A stretch of DNA of 64,000 nt from an uncultured candidate division Zixibacteria bacterium (GCA_963817915.1 CAWFQL010000010.1:1-64000); one strand, 5' to 3'. Numbered from the stretch's first letter, positions 39,504 through 50,646 are shown. Notes: generated by a model not told the origin, from the letters alone. Program-made: numbers and translations.

Positions 39504-40734
39504 ATGGATAACACGCAAAAGACCGAACGAATCATCGCCCTGGTCGATATGAACGCCTTTTTGGCCTCTGTCGAGCAGGCGTTAAACCCGGAACTCATTG
39601 GCCAGCCTGTGATTGTGGGCGGCGAGCCGGGCACACGTGGCATCGTAATTTGCTCATCTTACGAGGCCCGCAAAGCTCGGTGTCGGCTTCGGGGTTTCGC
39701 TGGCGGAGGCATATCGAAAATTGCCAAAAGCCGTTTTTATCAAGGGCGATATCAAAATCTATATCGATTATTGGAAAGAGGTTCAGCGAATATTCGAGGA
39801 ATATACACCGATTATCGAGCCTGTCTCAATGGATGAGGGGTATCTCGATCTCACCGGTTGCCGTGGCAAATTCAAATCAGTCCGCGAATTAGGGCAATCA
39901 TTGAAAGATAAAATAAAAGATCAACTGAGCATCCGTTGCTCAATCGGCATTTCGACCTCGAAGATGTTTGCCAAGATCGCCTGCAATATGAGAAAGCCCG
40001 ATGGCCTGACAGTTATCAGCCACGCCCGCGCCGCCAAGATGCTTCCCGACCTGCCGATCAGACAACTCCCCAATGTCGGCCACAAAACCGAAAAGATATT
40101 CGCGGAATTAGGCGTGCATACAGTCGGCGGCTTGATCAAAGTTCCCCGCCCGGCGCTGATAGATCTATTCGGTGTCCGCGGCTCCGAATGGTACGATTAC
40201 GCGCGCGGTGATGATTCTCGTCCTGTCAAACCGAATCTGTCCCCCAAGACTATCAGCCGCGAGACCACATTCAACGCTGATTCGGTCGACAGGAAATTTC
40301 TCGATGGCACCCTCTATTATCTGTTGGAACGGGTCTGCCAGAAATTACGCGAATTGGAATTGGTCGCCGGGCGGATCAGTGTCAAACTGCGCTACGTGGA
40401 TTATTCATCGGTCGATGACGCCCACACCATGCGTTTCCCGACTAGCGCCGAAGGTGAAATACATAGCTATATACTCGATCTTTTCGATAAAATCTATACC
40501 CGAAAAACCGGCGTTCGTCATCTGGGGATTACGGCCATGAGCCTCTCCCCGGCCTTCAGACAGATCAAACTTTTCGAAAATGAGAAATCATTCGACCTGG
40601 CGCGCGGGCTTGATAAGGTTCGCGCCGGACTCGGCTATCATGCTGTCTATACCGGACGAACCCTGCCGCTCGGCAAAAACTTCCGCGAGGTTGTCGATGG
40701 ATACGAGCTTCGTACCCCTTCGCTGTCGCAGTAA
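39504..40734 (+). CDS. dinB: Y-family DNA polymerase (DinB/Pol IV-like), frameshifted near 39680-39720
   Basis: VDMNAFLASVE, SYEAR, SMDEGYLD, AKIA....KPDG, QIKLF clamp-like motif. Confidence 0.92.
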
Positions 40735-43715
40735 TTACTCATTTCTGCACGGCGCCGCGACTCTCGATGGCTTATTGGAGCGCGCGGCAAGACAGGGACT
40801 TGGCGCGCTTGGCTTGGCCGATCTCGGCGGTCTATATGGAGCAATCCAGTTTTATCAGGAATCCAAAGATTACAATATCAAACCGATCGTCGGACTCGAA
40901 CTCGATACCAAAATCGGCAAGATCCTTTTTATCGCAAAAAATCTCGCGGGGTACGGCAATCTCTGCCGCATATCGACTATTCTAAAATTGGACGAGAGAA
41001 TACCATCGCCGGATGATATTCAAAAAAACAGCGATAACTTGATCGCGATCCCCTTTGATACGAAGGAAATCGAAAACCTTATCGAGATATTCCATAACGA
41101 TCTCTATTTCGGCGTTGTCAATTTCGGGGATATGCATAGTCGTATCGCTATTAATAAATACTCCCGCGATCTGAAACGATTCGATATCCGTATTATCGCC
41201 GCCAATCCGATCGCTTTTCTTGATAAAGATGATTTTCCGACCCACCGAATTTTGCGGGCCATCGGGGAAATCGTTCCGTTCGCTCAGCTATCCGATAGTA
41301 TGATCGAAAATCAAAATGCCTATTTCATGGCCAAAGATGAATACGCCAATCTATTCAAAGAAATCCCCGAGGCCCTGGCATCGACATTAGAAATTGCTGA
41401 AAAATGTGACCTAAAATTGCCGGTCGGCAAACTGAATTTCCCAAAGTATCAAGGCACATCCGACAAAACCAATAACCGCCTGCTATATGAACTGGCGTCA
41501 TCGGGACTGCAAAAAAGATATTCCAAAATCAGCGGCGAGGCTATCTCGCGGCTCGAATACGAACTCAATGTCATCGAACGATGCGGCTTCACCGACTATT
41601 TTCTGATCGTCCATGGCATAATCGATTTCTGCAATCATAACGGCATCCCCTGTGTCGGACGGGGCTCGGCGGCATCATCGATAGTCTCGTATTCACTGGG
41701 AATCACCGAGGTTTGTCCGATTGAGCAGAATCTTTATTTCCAACGTTTCCTCAACGAGGGCCGCAAGGACCCGCCCGATATCGATCTCGATCTGTGCTGG
41801 AAACGGCGCGATGACGTTCTCGAATTTATCTATGAGAAATACGGCCGTGATCGCGTGGCCATGATATGCACATTAAACACCTTCGCGGTGCGCGGCGCGA
41901 TACGCGAAGTGGCCAAGGCCTTCGGGCTTTCCGGCGATGAGATTTCCGATTTCACCAAACGACTCCCCTGGGGCGGCAGTGTCGAAAATATCGAGAAACG
42001 GGTCGCCACCAGCCCCGAATGCCATCATCTGCCAATATACAATGAACCATACAAGACGATTATCGAATTGGCCCGCAAGATCGAGGGGTACCCGCGCCAT
42101 CTGGGAATCCATTGCGGCGGGATCGTGATCACGCCCGGCCCGATGCTTGACCTGGTGCCGTTACAGATGTCGGCCAAGGGCATTGCCATCACGCAATATG
42201 ATATGTACTCGATTGACGATCTAGGCCTTGTCAAAATCGATCTTCTGGGACAACGGGGGCTTTCGACGATTGAAGAGGCAAAAGACATAATCGCAAAGAA
42301 GACCGGCAGCCGCCCCGATACAATCCCGACCAACGACGAAAAAACCTATTCCCTTCTCCGGCGAGGCAAGACTATCGGCGTTTTTCAAATCGAATCGCCC
42401 GGCCTGCGCGCCCTGCTGATTGCCATGAAGCCAAAGGAAATAAATGATATCACGCTGGCGTTGTCGCTGATTCGCCCTGGGGCATCGGAATCCGGAATGA
42501 AAAGGATCTTCCTCGAACGATTATTCGGAAAACGGCCGGTCGAATACCCCCATCCCTGCCTTGAACCTGTTCTTAAAGAGACATTGGGAAATATAATCTA
42601 TCAGGAGCAGGTATTGAGAGTTGCTGAGACGATGGCCGGATTCACGCCGGAGCAGGCCGATCTTCTGCGTCGTGTAATGACCAAGGAACGGGGCAATCGC
42701 GATTTCGATGTCATGCGAAATAATTTCATGATTCAATCATCGAGGCGCGGGGTTAATTCGGAGACCGCCGAAAATGTTTTCAATATGATGATTCAATTCG
42801 CGTCGTATGGCTTCTGCAAGGCGCATGCCGCCACCTATGCCATGCTCGCCTATCGCGGCACATATTTGAAAGCCCATCATCCGGTCGAATATATGGCCTC
42901 GATGCTTAATAACTTCGCCGGCTATTATCGCCCGCGAGTCTACGCCGAGGAAGCCCGCCGCTGGGGCGCTATTCTGAAAACGCCCACTATCGACCGTCCA
43001 TCGGATGTCTGTTTTGTCGATGGCAAAAATCTATTCATTGGAATGCTGTATATTAAGAATATGTCTTCGAATACGATTCATAATATTATCAACGAACGAG
43101 CTCGTGGAGAATTCAAAAACCTGTTCGATTTCCTCTATCGTGTCAGGCCGACCACAGATGAAGCCTTGAGCCTCATCAAATGCGGCGCGCTCGATTGCCT
43201 CGGGCAAACCCGTCCTCAACTTCTCTGGCTCTATAAAATATATGGCGAGAAACGATTAAAGAAACCCGATGACTCCCCCATGCTGGATTCTCTCACAATT
43301 CCCGAGCCGGACTTCGCCTTCCTGCCCGATCTCCCCGATTTCGATCTCGATCAGAAATTGAAAGCCGAGGCGGAAATATTCGAGATGTCGATATCATGCC
43401 ATCCGATCGAGCGATTAGGAATAACGAATAATCATGTTAAAAGTATCGATCTACCCCGGCTCGAAAATAAGAAAGTGCATATAGCGGGATTTGTCGCCGA
43501 TCGCAAACGAATAAAGACATCCAATGGGCGAAGCATGGTTTTTCTGACTATGGAAGATGAATTCGATCTATTCGAAGTTACGCTATTCCCCAAGGTTTAT
43601 CTGCGTGTTGGCGAACGGATATTCCGCAAGCCGCTGCTTGATATCGAAGGCATAGTTCAGAACCGAGTCCGGCGGCCTGACGATAATAGCCGATAAAATA
43701 AGTGTAATCGGATAA
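40697..43715 (+). CDS. dnaE2: Error-prone DNA polymerase III alpha subunit (DnaE2-like); last ~17 codons frameshifted
   Basis: SNYSFLHGA, GRGSAASS, PPDIDLD, PRHLGIHCGG, GVFQIESP, YGFCKAHA, OB-fold; overlaps dinB; a one-base shift gives ...NESGGLTIIADKISVIG*. Confidence 0.9.
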
Positions 43716-43793
43716 AATTCGCTCTGGAAAAATAAATAGACAGAATGCTATATTTGCTTTATGAAACCGCTGTATGGGAATTGAGAGGTAACC

Positions 43794-44354
43794 ATGCCTG
43801 AACGATGCGCCTGGCCAATGAGCGATATGATGATCGCCTACCACGATAACGAATGGGGTACTCCGCTCCATGATGATCAAAAGCTCTTTGAATTTCTTGT
43901 CCTCGATGCCTTCCAGGCAGGATTGAGCTGGGCGATTGTTCTGAAGAAACGGGACAACTTCAGAAAAGCATTTGATAATTACGATATCCCGAAAATCGCC
44001 AAATACAATAAGCGAAAAATAGAATCGCTCCTTAAAGACGAGGGTATAATTCGCAACAAACTGAAGATCGCCACGACGGTCGACAACGCCATATCGTTTA
44101 TAAAGATTCAAAATGAATACGGCAGTTTCGATAAATATATCTGGCAATTCGTAAATCATAAGCCGATAAAGAATAAATGGAAATCGATGAAGGATATCCC
44201 CGCGAAGACAGAAATATCCGATAATATGAGCAAGGACTTGAAATCGCGCGGATTCAGATTTGTCGGTTCGACAATATGCTATTCATTCATGCAGGCGGCG
44301 GGAATGGTCAATGATCACGTTATCACATGTTTCCGCTATAAGGAATTAAAATAG
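43794..44354 (+). CDS. tag: DNA-3-methyladenine glycosylase I
   Basis: RCAW..YHDNEWG, QAGLSW, IIRNKLKI, FVGSTICYSFMQAAGMVNDH...C. Confidence 0.97.
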   Translation: MPERCAWPMSDMMIAYHDNEWGTPLHDDQKLFEFLVLDAFQAGLSWAIVLKKRDNFRKAFDNYDIPKIAKYNKRKIESLLKDEGIIRNKLKIATTVDNAISFIKIQNEYGSFDKYIWQFVNHKPIKNKWKSMKDIPAKTEISDNMSKDLKSRGFRFVGSTICYSFMQAAGMVNDHVITCFRYKELK

Positions 44355-44360
44355 ATCCAT

Positions 44361-44388
44361 GTAGAGACTTGCTATGGCAAGTCTCTAC
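44361..44388. repeat. GTAG-tagged palindrome
   Basis: GTAGAGACTTGC-TATG-GCAAGTCTCTAC. Confidence 0.8.
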
Positions 44389-44433
44389 AAAACCATAGTG
44401 CGTATCAATTTCGATATCATTTAGGAGGATTGG

Positions 44434-45429
44434 GTGAATCAACTGACCAATACAAATATCGACTTAAACAAACCAATCTCGGAATTTGCCCAAAAACTTG
44501 TCACGACTCTTTGCGATACTCAAACCATAGGCATGGCTATCGAGCATCTGCGAGGGCATGAGCTTGCCGAAAAAATCGTATATTTCTATGTAGTCGATAA
44601 TCAGAACAAACTCGTCGGCGTGGTTCCGGTCAGACGATTGCTTATGAGCGGACTCGATAAAAAAATCAGCGACATTATGATTCCCAGGGTAATTTCGGTG
44701 AGAAGCACGACAACATTGCTGGACGCCTCGGAGATGTTGATCGAAAAGAAATTAATGGCTCTTCCGGTTGTAGACGAGACTAACAGATTGCAGGGAGTTT
44801 TCGATATCACTTTATTTACGGATGAAATCTCCAATCTTGCCCATAAACACGAAATCGAAAATGTATTCCAGCTAATTGGTGTCCACGTATCCGCCGGCCG
44901 GGTTGTATCTCCCTGGGTTAATTATCGTGAACGAATTCCATGGCTGATATGCAATATCATTGGCGGAATTGTCTGCGCTTTTATCGTAAGCATGCACGAG
45001 ACTCTTATCAATATGATTACATTGCTGGCATTCTTTATACCGGTAATATTGACCTTATCCGAGAGTGTCAGCATGCAGGCCATGACCTACACTCTGCAAT
45101 CGCCGCTTTTCCAGGTTTATTCAACCCGAATGATTTTAAAGTCAGTTCGAAAGGAAATTATTCCATCGATATTTTTGGGGTTGAGCTGCGGTATTATAGT
45201 AGGCGGGATCGCCTATATCTGGAAAGGTAATCCTTTGAGTGCTCTTGCCGTCGGTGTAAGCATAACTATGGCGATTATTCTCGCCTCCCTTTTCGGCGTT
45301 CTAATACCGGCGGCGATTAAATCATTCAAAATCGATCCCAAAATAGCATCGGGACCAATAGCGCTGGCGATTGCCGATATCGCGACATTGCTTTTATTCT
45401 TCAATGTTGCAGTGCTTATTCTGGATTAA
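44434..45429 (+). CDS. mgtE: MgtE-family magnesium transporter (CBS pair plus TM domain, no N-domain)
   Basis: YFYVVD..KLVGVV, RIPWL, FIPVI, KIDPKIASGP.....D. Confidence 0.88.
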   Translation: MNQLTNTNIDLNKPISEFAQKLVTTLCDTQTIGMAIEHLRGHELAEKIVYFYVVDNQNKLVGVVPVRRLLMSGLDKKISDIMIPRVISVRSTTTLLDASEMLIEKKLMALPVVDETNRLQGVFDITLFTDEISNLAHKHEIENVFQLIGVHVSAGRVVSPWVNYRERIPWLICNIIGGIVCAFIVSMHETLINMITLLAFFIPVILTLSESVSMQAMTYTLQSPLFQVYSTRMILKSVRKEIIPSIFLGLSCGIIVGGIAYIWKGNPLSALAVGVSITMAIILASLFGVLIPAAIKSFKIDPKIASGPIALAIADIATLLLFFNVAVLILD

Positions 45430-45459
45430 AATTATTTAGATTGTAGATGATATAATTTT

Positions 45460-45487
45460 GTAGAGCTTTGCTATAGCAAGGCTCTAC
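45460..45487. repeat. GTAG-tagged palindrome
   Basis: GTAGAGCTTTGC-TATA-GCAAGGCTCTAC, related to 44361-44388. Confidence 0.8.
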
Positions 45488-45493
45488 TTTGAA

Positions 45494-46306
45494 TTACATA
45501 AAATATTTCTTCTGATTATGAATCATATCGCCATATTCCTTAATCAAATTCATTTCATCCTGATTCAGCGGGCCGTCCTTCAAAGCGGCGATATTGTCAT
45601 TAAGCTGTTTTATATTCCGCGGAGCCGTCAGGCAAACATCGATATTTGGATTTGATAAAACAAATCGATAGCACATCCCCGGTGTCGGTATCGGGCGATC
45701 TTTCGGCCATTGGCGTGAACGCCTTATGAGATAAGTCCATCTTGTCGCGGTATATCCAATTACTCCTGGTTTATGCCGTGGCAGATATGGGAAAATATCG
45801 GTTTCTGCCCCGCGATGGGCGGCGTTGTATCGTATCATCAATGTATCGAGTGCGCCTTCGTCCGCCATCTGCCCGGCGAATTTCCGATCGTGGCAGGACA
45901 TTCCTACCGCGCGTACCTTCCCCTCTTCTTTAAGGCGATACATATCTTCGCGCACCTTTTCATCCAAATGCTTGGCCTTGGTAACTCCGAGAAACAAAAA
46001 CATATCGATATAATCCGTTTTCAGCTGCTTTAGTCTTTTCTCCAATGTCCTTCGAATATCCGGATGGCCATAGAGTAGATTGTATGCGCCGGTCGCAATT
46101 ACCATATTTTGACGGTTCGTTTTCGCTACATCGCGGAGCACCCTCGTCATTTGCATATCGAATCCAAAACAAAAGAATAAATCCAAACCTTCATCGAATG
46201 CTTTGTGAACCGTCTTCTTCCCTGGCCAGTAACTCGCCGAGAGACCGAGGCGATGAACTTTGGTCTCGCTTTTGCCTATTCTCGCGTGTGTAAAATCCTC
46301 AACCAT
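45494..46306 (-). CDS. Aldo/keto reductase family protein
   Basis: LKQLKTDYID, EGKVRAVGMSCH, MIRYNAAHR, RFVLSNP. Confidence 0.85.
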   Translation of the reverse strand: MVEDFTHARIGKSETKVHRLGLSASYWPGKKTVHKAFDEGLDLFFCFGFDMQMTRVLRDVAKTNRQNMVIATGAYNLLYGHPDIRRTLEKRLKQLKTDYIDMFLFLGVTKAKHLDEKVREDMYRLKEEGKVRAVGMSCHDRKFAGQMADEGALDTLMIRYNAAHRGAETDIFPYLPRHKPGVIGYTATRWTYLIRRSRQWPKDRPIPTPGMCYRFVLSNPNIDVCLTAPRNIKQLNDNIAALKDGPLNQDEMNLIKEYGDMIHNQKKYFM

Positions 46307-46567
46307 TGTATCCCCGCTTTCTTATTCAAATTCCGAATATTTCTTTTCTACATCGCCATAAGATTTAGCATTGCGGGTATATTAACGCAAATTATTTTTG
46401 CGATATTTCTTAAAATATCCCCCACGCCCTCTACTCCTCTCTCCAACTGCGAATTCGATATGGCATTTATATGCTTATTTGATATCAAATAAATCTTGAA
46501 TAAATTTTGTAATTTCGATATAATTTTGTCGGTAGACTTTTGAATGGCTTAAAATAAGGGGATCAAA

Positions 46568-48526
46568 ATGAAATATTTCACTTTGGTAATATTGATTTCA
46601 TTTCAAATGGCAATTGCGGAGGATAACAATAATACAATCGCAATGACAAATAAACCTATTGGACTCTTATATGAAGCGCCTTCAAAAGAGCTCCTTGATG
46701 AGAAATTCTGCCCTCTTGATAGTACAGCCAATGCTATGGTCGAGCGTAATAGTGTGAACTATGTCGTTCGTAAAGGCGTCATGAAATTGCAGGTATTTAG
46801 GCGTATTAAAATTTACACCGAAGCCGGCTTGTCCTACGCTCAATATGAAGAGCTTTATGATCAAAATAAAATCATTGATACGCTTGGCGCGATATGCTTT
46901 ACACCCCAAGGAACTCAATTTGCTCTGTCAGAAAAAGACATTATTGATGAAACCGTCATCAAAGATCTCGGTTCCGGAAGATATCTGAAATCCAAGAAAT
47001 TCGCGATCCCCGGAGTAACTCCGGGATGTGTAATAAATATAATTTCAAAATGCCATTTTATAGGTCAAATTGAACCTCCTGTATTCCGCTTTCAGGAAGA
47101 TATTCCCGTCGAGAATGCTTACTATTCTTTTGGATTTCCTGAAAATTTAAAATATTCCTATATAGTAACCAATGAAAATTTTCTTACCAGATTCAAGAGA
47201 TTTGGATATGAAATATCATTTGATTGCATCGCCGAGGATATCGCTGCAATTGAAGAGGAACCAAATCGGCCTCCTGATAGATTTATGTCAACTGATGTAT
47301 GGGTTCATTTTACTGGAGTCGAAGTAAATAAGGAAGTCATCGATTTATCCGAGACATGGAAAGAATACCTCAAGCCCATCAGGCAATCCTACTCAAAAGC
47401 ATTCGATGGATCCCGAAAAGCAAAAATAATCGCCGACAGCTTGCTGACCCTCACTAATGAGCATAATCTACTGATCAAGTTTGCCATTAATATAGTGCGA
47501 GATAGATGGGGTAATGACCCCCTATATTATATGCATTCTGCAGGCAGCGATGATATTAACAAAATCATGGGGAGAGAAAATCTCGATCCCGTTGAAAAAT
47601 CACTCGTGCTATGTGCTATTTTGAAAAATTTGAAGATCGAAAGTGAAATTGTATGGGCTTGTTCGGAAAAATGTAAATATACTCCCGTAAAGGACTTTCC
47701 ATCATATATAATATTCGATCATGCGCTTGCTTATATACCAGAGGATTCATTGCTGCTCGATCCTTCAGATCCGGGAGGTGACGTTGGAATCCTTGATGAA
47801 GACTATTCCGATAGAATAATGTGCCGCCCTATGGCTACGTCCAATATTATTTCGATGACGCCAAAATTCGGGGAATTCTCATCGAAAATGATCGATTTAA
47901 CTTTTACGGCTATCGATGAAAACACATTCACCGGTCAGGGATCGGTAAAGTTCTATAATCAGGACGCTATTGAGGCGCGGCGACTTTTCCGCAAGGAAGG
48001 AGAAGTTGCAAGAAAGAAAGCTTTGAATAATATGTTATTCAGAGATGGCAAAGATATCGTAACTTCTCTCAAGGAAGCCCCTGACTCTTTATTAAGCCCC
48101 AAAATCTACCAGCTCGATTTTGAGGTGAAACTTTCCGATTTCAATCCCGATGAGAACACGAGCCTTGATTTCAGTCCTTACCCCGGGCCATCATTCGATA
48201 ATACAACGGTTGATTACAATCCTCCGAGACAATATCCCTTCTATTTTGATTATAGTAAAGTTTGGGATATTTACAATATTAAATGGTCATTTGGGAAATT
48301 TTTCCACCCTATTAAAACAGATAGCCTTAGTTTTAAGTTAGACAATATTCTCGTTGTCTATTCATATCTTACCGATTACAACAAGGAAAATAACGAATTT
48401 ACAGTTCGACGGGAATACAAACGGATTCAAAAAAGCTTCAGACCGGATTTCGCTACCGCCTATGAAAGATTCCTGCAAAGCTCCAAAAAATGCGACATGA
48501 CGCCGTTAGTCCTGGAGAAATATTGA
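46568..48526 (+). CDS. Secreted DUF3857-domain protein with degenerate transglutaminase-like core
   Basis: RRIKIYTEAG, KFAIPGV..G, FQEDIPV, FDHALAY..LLDP; no catalytic Cys motif. Confidence 0.7.
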   Translation: MKYFTLVILISFQMAIAEDNNNTIAMTNKPIGLLYEAPSKELLDEKFCPLDSTANAMVERNSVNYVVRKGVMKLQVFRRIKIYTEAGLSYAQYEELYDQNKIIDTLGAICFTPQGTQFALSEKDIIDETVIKDLGSGRYLKSKKFAIPGVTPGCVINIISKCHFIGQIEPPVFRFQEDIPVENAYYSFGFPENLKYSYIVTNENFLTRFKRFGYEISFDCIAEDIAAIEEEPNRPPDRFMSTDVWVHFTGVEVNKEVIDLSETWKEYLKPIRQSYSKAFDGSRKAKIIADSLLTLTNEHNLLIKFAINIVRDRWGNDPLYYMHSAGSDDINKIMGRENLDPVEKSLVLCAILKNLKIESEIVWACSEKCKYTPVKDFPSYIIFDHALAYIPEDSLLLDPSDPGGDVGILDEDYSDRIMCRPMATSNIISMTPKFGEFSSKMIDLTFTAIDENTFTGQGSVKFYNQDAIEARRLFRKEGEVARKKALNNMLFRDGKDIVTSLKEAPDSLLSPKIYQLDFEVKLSDFNPDENTSLDFSPYPGPSFDNTTVDYNPPRQYPFYFDYSKVWDIYNIKWSFGKFFHPIKTDSLSFKLDNILVVYSYLTDYNKENNEFTVRREYKRIQKSFRPDFATAYERFLQSSKKCDMTPLVLEKY

Positions 48527-50316
48527 AATATTTTAAGGTCTTGCTTGTATCGGCAATCCTATCAGCTTCAAGCTTATTGGCTCAAGAGAGCCATTATATT
48601 TACAATAATATTTTGATCAAATTTGACGGCAAATCGACAAAGTTTATCGCTGAATCGTCAAAACTTCTATTCAATGATGTCGATCTCGAAGATTATCGTG
48701 AGGAAAAATTGCCGACCGGTCATAATCTCACGATCGCCAATGCCCAAATCATTATCTCAAATCCAAAATCGAAGACCAAAAGATTCAAATTAAAAGATGC
48801 CATTTTCGTAGCCGACAGATCCGATTACGTGCTGGCGTCCGATGCCGGAGTATATAGCTGGGATCTGGGCAAGATCGATCCGGGGGATGAATTATATTTC
48901 AATTATGAGTCCTCAATCAAAGAGGATTATTGGGGCGGCTACTTTTCCGTGATCGAATCTATACCGGTTGATTCCTCAAAAATTACGATTGAATTCCCGC
49001 ATGGAAAATGGCGTCTCAAATATAGCATTGATAATAATCCGATTCAATATACCGATGATCCCAAAAATGCAGTTTTCATCTGGCATAAATTGCAGGCAAG
49101 CACAAGGCCCGAATTAAAAAATGCGCCCGCAGATGTCTTACCTGGTATTTGGATATCATTTGAATCTCTGAAGAATGAAAAAGACTATTCTGATTGGAAT
49201 GACGTCAATGAATGGGCCGCGGAACGTTTTGATAAAAACGGATCATTCATGTATCCCGATTCAATGCTGGCAATCGCGCGAACTCCGGAATCTATTTTAT
49301 CGGCAATTGCGGCCAAATGTCATTATGTCGCGATTGAAATTGCTGAAGGCGGGTATGTGCCCTCTCCTTCTGATGATGTCTGGTCCAAAGGATACGGCGA
49401 TTGCAAGGGCCTGGCAATGCTTTTTGTCAATTGGATGAAGGCCGCCGGGTTCAAGGCCTGGCCGGTTCTCGTGCTTGCCGATCGTTCTCGTATTGGAAAT
49501 GAATTATTTCCATCACCGTATCAATTCAATCATGCTATCGCTGCCTATGAGATGAAGGATGGCGATACGTCATACCAGGATATCACGGCGGAATATTGCC
49601 CACTAGGTTATCTACCAAGAGATTTATTCGGCTCACTCGCGTTTCCAATTTCATCAAATTCGAAACCGATATTGTTAGGTACTTTCCCCGATACCCCGGA
49701 TACCATCTCTTTTACTATTTCCGGAGATTTGGATAATTCGGGGACTCTGACAGGTATCCTGAAAGCGAGAATCGAAGGAGAGCCTGCCCTGAGACTTAAT
49801 TGGTTAAATAGATCATCCAAAACCATCAGTGGCGATGAAGTATTCAAATCATTCCTCGAGCATTCCCTGCCCAAGGCATCATGCTTTAATATTAAGAGGG
49901 ATAGCACAACGAATAGCATTATTTCATTTTCCGCAAAAATACTCCAAAACAATTTTAGCTATATCAGAGATAACTATACGATTTTCAGGCCGTGGCAGTT
50001 GGATTTTTTTAATCGCGAAACCAAAATTGATTCCTCGCTTACCTGGAAGAAATTTCAATTTTCAAATCAGATAGTTGAATTGAAATACGAAATAAGAGTT
50101 GCCAATAACGGTCATTCGAATTCCGCCGATTCCGTTATTGAAAAATCATTCAATGGCCTTAAATATTCAACGCGAAATCACTTCAAAGGAGACTCCGTCG
50201 GTTTTAATATGATAATGTCTTTTACTCCGCAAATAATGACGCCGCCAAAATATTGGCAATTTCAGAGTGATTGGCGCACAATGATTAAGGATATTTCGAA
50301 TATTTCTATCAAATAA
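48490..50316 (+). CDS. Secreted transglutaminase-like (DUF3857-associated) protein; start may be TTG at 48523
   Basis: YVAIEI..GGY.P, GYGDCKGLA, FNHAI, QDIT (Cys-His-Asp triad). Confidence 0.8.
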   Translation: MRHDAVSPGEILKYFKVLLVSAILSASSLLAQESHYIYNNILIKFDGKSTKFIAESSKLLFNDVDLEDYREEKLPTGHNLTIANAQIIISNPKSKTKRFKLKDAIFVADRSDYVLASDAGVYSWDLGKIDPGDELYFNYESSIKEDYWGGYFSVIESIPVDSSKITIEFPHGKWRLKYSIDNNPIQYTDDPKNAVFIWHKLQASTRPELKNAPADVLPGIWISFESLKNEKDYSDWNDVNEWAAERFDKNGSFMYPDSMLAIARTPESILSAIAAKCHYVAIEIAEGGYVPSPSDDVWSKGYGDCKGLAMLFVNWMKAAGFKAWPVLVLADRSRIGNELFPSPYQFNHAIAAYEMKDGDTSYQDITAEYCPLGYLPRDLFGSLAFPISSNSKPILLGTFPDTPDTISFTISGDLDNSGTLTGILKARIEGEPALRLNWLNRSSKTISGDEVFKSFLEHSLPKASCFNIKRDSTTNSIISFSAKILQNNFSYIRDNYTIFRPWQLDFFNRETKIDSSLTWKKFQFSNQIVELKYEIRVANNGHSNSADSVIEKSFNGLKYSTRNHFKGDSVGFNMIMSFTPQIMTPPKYWQFQSDWRTMIKDISNISIK

Positions 50317-50338
50317 ATAATTAGTCACGATATAAAGT

Positions 50339-50591
50339 ACCGGTCAATTAGCAGGATCGGGCTATCCAAACCTCTAATTTATCTCCACCGAAACATGTTC
50401 AATCAGCATTTACTTTCAAAATAGCCTATAAGTGGAAGGACGGGGGCCCCGCTTTCTAGTCGGCTTTGTTTCGCCGGCAATGTGACGATTTGGATCCTGG
50501 GATCCAGCGCCACATTATTTGTCCGGCAACCGACGGACTTAATGTGGCGCAATTACGCAAACACTAATGTTCGTTTGTCGATTTGACCGGA
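50339..50591. other. ORF-free structured element bounded by CCGGTCAA/TTGACCGG inverted repeats
   Basis: Terminal inverted repeat; 11-bp stem 50507-17/50540-50; TGGATCC-TG-GGATCCA; further short stems. Confidence 0.5.
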
Positions 50592-50646
50592 ATATAATAA
50601 TGTAGGATGTAATTAAAAATGAAACGAAAATAAAACTAAACACAAA

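Noticed and set aside
40580..40696. Extended dnaE2 N-terminus from the ORF track
   Set aside because: Overlaps dinB; family resemblance begins at ATG 40697, which follows a GAGG
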